From NCBI GenBank assembly GCA_037143195.1, contig JBAWZD010000002.1:72785-136784 (forward strand): 64,000 nt of DNA, read 5' to 3'. The DNA comes from a bacterium. Lineage in GTDB: Bacteria; Patescibacteriota; Minisyncoccia; Phycocordibacterales; UBA9973. The notes below the pieces were generated by a model. It did not search any database. It worked only from the letters and a program-made list of their open reading frames with translations, and had not been told where the DNA came from. The position numbers and the translations under genes are program-made. Positions 57,469 to 64,000 of the stretch are shown in pieces (positions within the stretch are counted from its first letter, which is position 1; each line of letters opens with the position of its first letter).

Positions 57469-58242
57469 ATGGCAATCATCATCAAAACACCGAAAGAAAT
57501 TGAAATCATTCGAGAAGGGGGACGACGTCTCGCGCAGGTGCTTGCTGATACGGCAAAGCAAGTGCGCCCAGGGATTTCGGCGACTGAGCTTGATGCGTTT
57601 GCACAAAATGAAATCAAAAAGCTTGGTGATACACCAGCATTTTTGGGTTACAAGCCAGTCGGTCATCGTAAGGCATATCCAGCCGCACTCTGTGTTTCGG
57701 TGAACGCAGAAGTGGTGCACGGAATTCCGAAGGATACGACTATCTTGAAGGAAGGTGATGTTGTGTCGCTTGACCTTGGGCTCAACCACAAAGGACTTTT
57801 CACTGACCACGCTGTGACCGTTGGGGTCGGAGCACTCACCAAAGAAAAACAGAAACTGCTCGCAGTCACAGAACAATCAATGTACGAAGGAATCGAGGCG
57901 ATCAAGCCAGGTGCACGTGTCGGAGATATCGGATTCGCTGTTTCTTCCTATGCAAAGAAGAATGGGAAATATGGTCTCATCAAAGTGCTCGCTGGTCATG
58001 GAGTTGGCAAAGCAATTCACGAAGACCCGTATATCCCAAACTACGGAAAGGCCCACACGGGTGATCCACTTGTACCAGGTATGATTATCGCAATCGAGCC
58101 AATGCTCACACTCGGCACGGAACATGTCGACGAGACAGGGGACGGCTACACACTCAAAACTATCGACGGATCAACCGCCGCACATTTTGAGCATACAGTA
58201 CTTGTTACCGAAACAGGGTACGAAATACTCACTCTTGTGTAA
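57469..58242 (+). CDS. map: methionine aminopeptidase type I
   Basis: Pita-bread fold with metal ligands (D...D...H...E...E). Confidence 0.9.
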   Translation: MAIIIKTPKEIEIIREGGRRLAQVLADTAKQVRPGISATELDAFAQNEIKKLGDTPAFLGYKPVGHRKAYPAALCVSVNAEVVHGIPKDTTILKEGDVVSLDLGLNHKGLFTDHAVTVGVGALTKEKQKLLAVTEQSMYEGIEAIKPGARVGDIGFAVSSYAKKNGKYGLIKVLAGHGVGKAIHEDPYIPNYGKAHTGDPLVPGMIIAIEPMLTLGTEHVDETGDGYTLKTIDGSTAAHFEHTVLVTETGYEILTLV

Positions 58243-58252
58243 AAAATAGAGC

Positions 58253-58401
58253 CTCCGTACGGAATAAAAATACGCCCTTTGGCTTGTCTGCGAAATCTTG
58301 CTCGCGTAACAAATTTTAGGAGTTCATATTCTTTGCTTTGAAACCGCTCGCTCGGTCAGTCCTCGACTGCGCCAAAGGGGTATTTTTACTCCGTACGGAG
58401 G
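58253..58401 (+). repeat. ~90-bp-family repeat copy (58283-58373) inside ~32-bp inverted repeat
   Basis: Arms CCTCCGTACGGAATAAAAATACGCCCTTTGGC and GCCAAAGGGGTATTTTTACTCCGTACGGAGG. The core is CTTGTCTGCGAAATCTTGCTCGCGTAAC...GAAACCGCTCGCTCGGTCAGTCCTCGACTGCGCC. Confidence 0.7.
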
Positions 58402-58433
58402 GGCGTATTTTGCGCCAGCCGACAAGGTAAAAT

Positions 58434-58871
58434 TTATGCCTCCTCGATGATTTCGCGGTAGGTTATGGGTTCTTCAAAAATTTCAGTGGGAGTGTAGCGA
58501 CGGACATAGAGTTCGCTGTCTTGATTCTTGCCTGAGCCTTTCGATTTGAGTGTTATTTCTGTCGCGAGACCTGTGGTGCGGTCGATGAGATTGGCCGCCT
58601 CAAGAATCGCGGCGACTTTGGAGTGTTTGTTTTCTTTGCGATATTTTTCAGCTTGTTCGAAGAGGTATTCAAGCGCTGTTACCGTTGAGATATCTTTAAA
58701 AACCTCGGCAATCTTTTTTGCATTATGTGTTTCGATATGGAGATTCGCCAAATGTTTGGCGTTTTTTTCTGCCATTTTCTTCCACTCATGATCACCGATG
58801 GTCTTCTTCATACCTCTATTGTCGTATGTTCCGTGAAATAAATCAATCTCTGGGCTATAATAGGGGAACAT
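58434..58871 (-). CDS. hypothetical protein
   Basis: 145-aa ORF divergent from the large ATPase gene. Confidence 0.4.
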   Translation of the reverse strand: MFPYYSPEIDLFHGTYDNRGMKKTIGDHEWKKMAEKNAKHLANLHIETHNAKKIAEVFKDISTVTALEYLFEQAEKYRKENKHSKVAAILEAANLIDRTTGLATEITLKSKGSGKNQDSELYVRRYTPTEIFEEPITYREIIEEA

Positions 58872-61607
58872 ATGGAATCATTCGAAGCCAAAAACATACC
58901 CCAGTTCAAATCTCCTGAGGAGGAAGTCGCATATCTCCGTGCGCACCTTGAAAAACAGGAACGAGCACTCGCTTTGAAAGGGGAAGAAGCAAACAAAGAA
59001 AAAATTGCTGACGAAACAATCAAAGCCTATCGATCAATGGATTCGAAAGATGTTTTGTCTCCTGGTCACAAACTCACAAGTTCTGAGCAAGAAGCATTTG
59101 TCCTTCGCCTCAAGCCAGAGCCGCATGACTCAATCATGGAGGAACTTCTTGGTGTTTTGCTTGAGAATGGAGTCAAAAACGCACTTGATATCGTTGACGG
59201 AATGGAGAATCCTCATGTGGCCGATGATTTTCATCGATTCCTTGTTCAGTACCTTCAGTCAACCAAGAAGGTACCAGGGCTTAAAGAGTCAACCGTTTTG
59301 TATCGAGCGCTCGATACACGCCTTTTTGAAGTGACACTTCCTGAAGTAGAAGAGGGAAAGAAAAAGGGACTCAAAGAATTGTTGTCGGCGATGGAGCAAT
59401 TTTATGCGGGTATGCACTCGATTGGCTTTGGCCGTGAGAACAAAGACAAGAGTCATTTCACACTCGAGATTGCACTTGCTAACAATGGAGAACAGTTCGT
59501 GATTTACGCTTCAATCCCGAGCGGCAAAGTCGACTTGTTTGAAAAACAATTGGTTGCAGTCCAGCCTGATGCCAAGCTCGTTGAAGTGACGGACGATTAC
59601 AATATCTTTGCAGAAGGCCGTGACACAGCAGTCGCATCTTATTCAAAATTTGCTGAACACGATATTTTCCCAATCAAAACATATGATTCGTTTGATCACG
59701 ATCCAATGAATATCATCCTTAACGCCTTCAGTAAGTTGAAAGCGCAAGGGGAGGGTGCGGCGATTCAGTTCGTCCTCTGTCCAGAAGACGATGCCTTGAT
59801 GCATCGATTCCATTTGGTCCTCGAAGATGTGAAGAGCGGATACTCTGTCAAAACAGCGCGTAGTATCGGACGACAAATCGGATTTGAATTTTTGCGTGTC
59901 GGTAAAGAGCTTGTGTTTGGAAGCAAGCCAAAAGAAGAGGGAGAGCACAAAGTAAACGAGCGTGCGGTCGAGCATATTACGGAGAAGTTGAAATCAACCT
60001 TGATGGCGACGAATATCCGCATCGTTGCGTCTGCTGAAAACCGCGAACGCTCAACTCAAATCCTCGCCGAACTTGAATCTGCGTTCAACCAATTTACCGA
60101 AGCTGGACGTAATAGTTTCAGTTGGAAGAGAGTAGTTGGTAGTGATTTGCGCGCACTCTTGCACGACTTCTCGTTCCGCATGTTCAACGATTCGCAGAGT
60201 ATGCCGATGAACCTCAAGGAGCTCTCGACCATTTTTCACTTTCCATACGGTATCAACAAGATGCCACAACTCAAACAGGCAAAGAGTACAACAGCGCCGG
60301 CTCCAATCGAAATGGGTACGCAGGGAGTGGCACTTGGTACTAATACGTATCGTGGAGAAACAAAGAAGATTGTTATGTCCAAAGAGGACCGCGTTCGTCA
60401 CTTCTACGTGATCGGTCAGACCGGCACCGGTAAGACAACAATTTTGAAAAACATGATCGCCCAAGATATCGCAAACGGCGATGGATGTTGTTTTATCGAC
60501 CCACACGGTACGGATATTCAAGATATTCTTTCGTATATTCCTCGCGAACGTATCGACGATGTCATTTACTTTGACCCGGCGTACATTCAGCGACCAATGG
60601 GTCTCAACATGCTTGAGTACGATGTAAACTATCCTGAGCAAAAGACATTCGTGGTCAACGAATTGCTCGCTATTTTTAACAAGCTTTTTGATATGAAGAC
60701 AGCTGGAGGTCCGGCTTTTGAACAGTATTTCCGTAACTCGTCACTCCTTGTGATGGAGGACCCTGACTCAGGATCAACACTGCTCGAGATCGGGCGAGTG
60801 CTTGCAGACAAATCGTTCCGAGACATGAAGCTCTCACGTTGTAAGAATCCAATCATCAAACAATTCTGGGAGAACGCAGAAAAGACGACAGGGGAGCAGT
60901 CGCTCGCGAACTTCGTGCCGTATATCACAAACAAATTTGACGTGTTTGTCAGTAACGACATTATGCGCCCAGTTATTGCGCAACAACAATCTGTCTTTAA
61001 TTTCCGTAAGATTATGGACGAGAAGAAAATTTTACTTGTGAACCTCTCAAAGGGACGTCTTGGTGAAATAAACGCCAACTTGATTGGTCTTATCCTTGTC
61101 GGCAAAATTCAGATGGCAGCGCTTTCTCGTGTCGATATGTTTGGCAAACCAATGAATGACTTCTACTTGTATATCGACGAGTTCCAAAACGTTACGACTG
61201 ATTCGATTGCGTCTATTCTCTCTGAGGCGCGTAAATATCGTCTCTCATTAAACATTGCTCACCAATATATCGCACAGCTTGGAGAAAAGATTCGTGATGC
61301 CGTATTTGGAAACGTCGGTTCAATGGCCGTATTCCGTGTCGGTCCCGATGATGCTGAATATCTCGCAAAACAATTTGATCCAGTGTTCACACCGCAAGAT
61401 ATCATTAAACTTGAAAACAGAACTGCGTATGCAAAAATGCTCGTGAATGGTACTCCAGTGAAGCCGTTTAATATTGCGACATTTCCACCACCACAAGGCA
61501 TGGAGGCAATCGTACCAAAAATCAAAGAGCTCTCGTATCTCAAATATGGACGTGATCGTGCTGAAGTCGAAGAGGAAATCATGGCGCGCTACACTGCTGG
61601 AAGATAG
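58872..61607 (+). CDS. large ATPase: novel ~470-aa N-terminal domain fused to VirD4/TraG/TrwB-like (type IV coupling protein / DUF87-type) P-loop NTPase
   Basis: Walker A VIGQTGTGKTT, a DPHG motif, Walker B LYIDEFQN, and a C-terminal region resembling the TraD/TraG C-terminus (NIAHQYIAQL). Confidence 0.6.
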   Translation: MESFEAKNIPQFKSPEEEVAYLRAHLEKQERALALKGEEANKEKIADETIKAYRSMDSKDVLSPGHKLTSSEQEAFVLRLKPEPHDSIMEELLGVLLENGVKNALDIVDGMENPHVADDFHRFLVQYLQSTKKVPGLKESTVLYRALDTRLFEVTLPEVEEGKKKGLKELLSAMEQFYAGMHSIGFGRENKDKSHFTLEIALANNGEQFVIYASIPSGKVDLFEKQLVAVQPDAKLVEVTDDYNIFAEGRDTAVASYSKFAEHDIFPIKTYDSFDHDPMNIILNAFSKLKAQGEGAAIQFVLCPEDDALMHRFHLVLEDVKSGYSVKTARSIGRQIGFEFLRVGKELVFGSKPKEEGEHKVNERAVEHITEKLKSTLMATNIRIVASAENRERSTQILAELESAFNQFTEAGRNSFSWKRVVGSDLRALLHDFSFRMFNDSQSMPMNLKELSTIFHFPYGINKMPQLKQAKSTTAPAPIEMGTQGVALGTNTYRGETKKIVMSKEDRVRHFYVIGQTGTGKTTILKNMIAQDIANGDGCCFIDPHGTDIQDILSYIPRERIDDVIYFDPAYIQRPMGLNMLEYDVNYPEQKTFVVNELLAIFNKLFDMKTAGGPAFEQYFRNSSLLVMEDPDSGSTLLEIGRVLADKSFRDMKLSRCKNPIIKQFWENAEKTTGEQSLANFVPYITNKFDVFVSNDIMRPVIAQQQSVFNFRKIMDEKKILLVNLSKGRLGEINANLIGLILVGKIQMAALSRVDMFGKPMNDFYLYIDEFQNVTTDSIASILSEARKYRLSLNIAHQYIAQLGEKIRDAVFGNVGSMAVFRVGPDDAEYLAKQFDPVFTPQDIIKLENRTAYAKMLVNGTPVKPFNIATFPPPQGMEAIVPKIKELSYLKYGRDRAEVEEEIMARYTAGR

Positions 61608-61646
61608 TTCGATGTGTTGCTCCAAATGTATGGGGGCATGTCTCTT

Positions 61647-61739
61647 GTCTTGTCTGTGAAATCTCGCTCGCGTAATAAATTGTGATGGTTTGTATTCTCT
61701 GCCTCGAAACCGCTCGCTCGGTCAGTCCTCGACTGCGCC
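61647..61739 (+). repeat. ~90-bp-family repeat copy
   Basis: CTTGTCTGTGAAATCTCGCTCGCGTAAT...GAAACCGCTCGCTCGGTCAGTCCTCGACTGCGCC. The variable middle differs from the other copies. Confidence 0.7.
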
Positions 61740-61877
61740 AATGGGCATAATGCCGAATAGAATTTGCAGCAACTTTTGACTTACGATTCGAGCAAATCGA
61801 GCAAAGCAATAGTAATTGACTTTTTTGAAAAAAATGGTAAATTAAAATTATAGTTTCACCTTAAAATAATAAATAGA

Positions 61878-62666
61878 ATGAACAATCTGATTCGTGAGAA
61901 ACTTTTTAGAGTTCAGGAGAACGAAAATAAGATTCACTTTATACTTGCAAATACAAGTATATCTGAAGGGACGCTGGTAAAGGGGGCCGTAGTAGCGCGG
62001 AAAAATCCATACCATAATTATGGGCACGCACTCGGTGCCACAGAGTATGCGATAAAATTAGCGATAGCAGAAGGACTTACTCCTCAAGAAATCAATATTC
62101 TTGGGCTTTCGATGATTTTCCATGATGCTGGTCACAGAGGGCGAGTACACTTGTATGACGAAATGCGAGCAGTTCAACTCGCTGACGAAATACTCGATTT
62201 AAGCGACACGCAATGTGTTCATGGTTATACCAGAGAAAGTGTTACGCAAAATATGCGTAACTTAATACTGGATACGATGTTCCCAGACGCACGTGGCCAA
62301 AAATTGAATCCACTCGCTCGCATTGTACAGGACGCTGACTTGGCTCATCTTGGTCAAGGCCCTGAGTATTGGGTATGGGCCTCAATGGGCCTTATTGAGG
62401 AATTCAATCTCAATAGACTTCATCCGCTAACGCCACAGGATTTTATTGTTGATGAACAGGAAAAGTTTGTAAATTTTTTAGCAAAACTTTCTGGAAGTGG
62501 TGATGTTTATTTGTCGGCCGGTGCAAAGAAAATTTTTCGTAACCCACTCGAAGATGTACTCGCTGTAAAAAAATACAGTTTACAAGCGATTGAGTACGCT
62601 TACAATGTTCGTTATGAAGACGTAACGCTCGACGAATTCAAAAAACAGCTCCTGCAGTTCGCATAA
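61878..62666 (+). CDS. HD-domain phosphohydrolase
   Basis: H..GH...HD..H...D metal ligands (YHNYGHALG; IFHDAGHRG; DADLAHLG). Low GC. Confidence 0.55.
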   Translation: MNNLIREKLFRVQENENKIHFILANTSISEGTLVKGAVVARKNPYHNYGHALGATEYAIKLAIAEGLTPQEINILGLSMIFHDAGHRGRVHLYDEMRAVQLADEILDLSDTQCVHGYTRESVTQNMRNLILDTMFPDARGQKLNPLARIVQDADLAHLGQGPEYWVWASMGLIEEFNLNRLHPLTPQDFIVDEQEKFVNFLAKLSGSGDVYLSAGAKKIFRNPLEDVLAVKKYSLQAIEYAYNVRYEDVTLDEFKKQLLQFA

Positions 62667-62770
62667 AGTGTAATCTGTAGCTTAAAAATTAAGCGGTCAA
62701 AATATGGCCGCTTTTTTTGCGCAAAAATATAGCTCTATTTTAGAGCTAAAGTTGGCACTTCGAAAGTGAG

Positions 62771-62897
62771 CGCGGGCGGATATCTCCTCGGTGCAGTCGA
62801 GGACTGACCGAGCGAGCGGTTTCGAAGCAGAGAATATAAAGTACTAAAATCTATTACGCGAGCAAGATTCCGCAGACAAGCCGAGGAGATATCCGCC
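62771..62897 (-). repeat. ~90-bp-family repeat copy (62792-62880) inside 17-20-bp inverted repeat
   Basis: Arms GCGGGCGGATATCTCCTCGG and CCGAGGAGATATCCGCC. The core is in reverse orientation. Confidence 0.7.
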
Positions 62898-62974
62898 AGC
62901 ACTTATTTGTAAATACCTCCCATTTCTGTTAGTATCCGTGCATTACTATCAGTGCTTATTCATTATTTTTATTT

Positions 62975-63445
62975 ATGCCAACACAGGAAAAATCTCTCAT
63001 TATCGTCAAGCCAGACGCAATTCAGCGCAATCTCGCGGGTGAAATCATTTCACGCCTCGAGAAGAAAGGTCTCAAAATCATCGGTCTCAAGATGATGAAT
63101 CTCGAAGACGCAAAGATTGAAGAGCACTACGCTCACATCAAGGACAAGCCATTTTTCCCAGGCATCCGTGATTTCATGAAATCAACTCCTGTCATCGTTA
63201 TGGCAGTTGAAGGAATCAATGCTGTCAGTTCGATCCGTCTTCTCGTCGGTCCAACAAAGGCATGGGAAGCGACAGCTGGTACTATCCGTGGAGATTTTTC
63301 TCTTTCAACTCAGTCAAACCTTGTGCACGCATCAGATTCAGTTGAAGCTGGTATTGCAGAAATCTCTCGCTTCTTCGAATTTGGTGAATTGTTCACCTAC
63401 GATCGCGTTGATACAGACTTCGTATATGCTGAACACAAGAAGTAA
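62975..63445 (+). CDS. ndk: nucleoside diphosphate kinase
   Basis: IIVKPDAIQRNLAGEIISRLEKKG...NLVHASDS. Confidence 0.9.
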   Translation: MPTQEKSLIIVKPDAIQRNLAGEIISRLEKKGLKIIGLKMMNLEDAKIEEHYAHIKDKPFFPGIRDFMKSTPVIVMAVEGINAVSSIRLLVGPTKAWEATAGTIRGDFSLSTQSNLVHASDSVEAGIAEISRFFEFGELFTYDRVDTDFVYAEHKK

Positions 63446-63500
63446 GAATTTTTTGTCAACTTGCGACAAAAATGTTTGCGTGGCACTTAGGTAATTCACA

Positions 63501-63696
63501 CTTGCACATGATGCTCACACAAGTATAATCGAAGTAGGATTATTTGCCCTGTTACCTAGAACACTTTGTGTACGGGAATCCGCGTTGTTAATCGCCTTGG
63601 CTGTTAGCATAAGATACCCACTTGGCCTCTGGCTAGGGTAACACAACGCAAATAGTCCTAAAAGAAACCTCTCACTCACGTGAGGGATTTTTTTTA
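63501..63696 (+). ncRNA. candidate small RNA / cis-regulatory leader (promoter TTGCAC-17-ATAATC to intrinsic terminator)
   Basis: The -35 box lies at 63501-63506 and the -10 box at 63524-63529. About 160 nt of structured sequence follows, including the long-range pairing CCCTGTTACCTAG...CTAGGGTAACAC. It ends in CCTCTCACTCACGTGAGGGATTTTTTTT at about 63668-63696, about 40 nt before a membrane-protein gene. Confidence 0.3.
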
Positions 63697-63734
63697 CCCG
63701 ATCACACACATTTCCTCACAATCTGCTACACTTT

Positions 63735-64000
63735 ATGGAGATGCCCCGCACTATTATTCTCAATCGACTCGCACTTTCGACTATCGTTCTCGCGATAGTC
63801 AATTTTTTCGCTACGCATTTTTCGTGGTACTCGTTGCTTTGGTGGTTTGATATGCCGATGCATTTTCTTGGCGGGGGAGTTGTCTTTTATTTGAGCGCAT
63901 ATGTGTGGGCTCCGGCGCTCCGTTACGTACCGCTCTGGCGTTTTGTGTACGAAAGCTTGATTACTGCACTCTTGCTCGGACTTCTGTGGGAAGCGCTGGA
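63735..64000 (+). CDS. membrane protein (5' part; runs off window end)
   Basis: The ATG at 63735 gives MEMPRTIILNRLALSTIVLAIVNFF... with several TM helices. No stop codon occurs before the window end. Confidence 0.4.
   Translation, partial: MEMPRTIILNRLALSTIVLAIVNFFATHFSWYSLLWWFDMPMHFLGGGVVFYLSAYVWAPALRYVPLWRFVYESLITALLLGLLWEAL

Overview
This 64-kb window reads like a streamlined, probably Patescibacteria/CPR-type genome. Genes are short and tightly packed, ribosomal protein L30 is absent, S14 is the zinc-binding type-Z form, and a type IV pilus/competence gene set is present. The core content is as follows. There are housekeeping genes rny, clpP, tig, ppa and nusA. There is a type IV pilus locus (pilB, pilC, three prepilin-like genes and a PilX-like gene) preceded by two secreted proteins. 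Further genes are tpiA-pgk, a HIT hydrolase, recJ and rnhA. The ComEC channel gene is separated from a stand-alone MBL-fold gene by sodA on the opposite strand. The str operon is present (rpsL, rpsG, fusA, tuf). The S10/spc ribosomal superoperon runs rpsJ-rplC-rplD-rplW-rplB ... rpsS-rplV-rpsC-rplP-rpsQ-rplN-rplX-rplE ... rpsZ-rpsH-rplF-rplR-rpsE-rplO-secY ... adk-like, pyrH-like, map. It is interrupted three times by accessory insertions: a dgkA-like gene plus two hypotheticals; cmk-truB plus a membrane protein; and a low-GC hypothetical plus a DinJ/YafQ toxin-antitoxin pair. A second toxin-antitoxin pair (HigB-like/XRE-HTH) sits next to a cassette bounded by identical inverted hairpins. Two families of dispersed repeats were noticed by eye, a 63-bp core and a core of roughly 90 bp, each with four copies, always lying in the loop of a long copy-specific palindrome. 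One 63-bp copy is inserted in-frame inside truB and is identical to an intergenic copy. Other unusual content includes two tandem paralogous ~570-aa Cys-rich zinc-ribbon proteins of unknown function at the window start. Two surface proteins share GYAW-x3-GW repeats, and one of them also carries eight 20-aa two-Cys repeats. A 911-aa protein has a novel N-terminal domain fused to a VirD4/TraG-like ATPase, next to an HD-domain protein and bracketed by the ~90-bp repeat copies. There is a 770-bp non-coding AT-rich region upstream of tuf, and a candidate promoter-to-terminator small RNA near the window end. All coordinates derived from the printed sequence carry a tolerance of a few nt.
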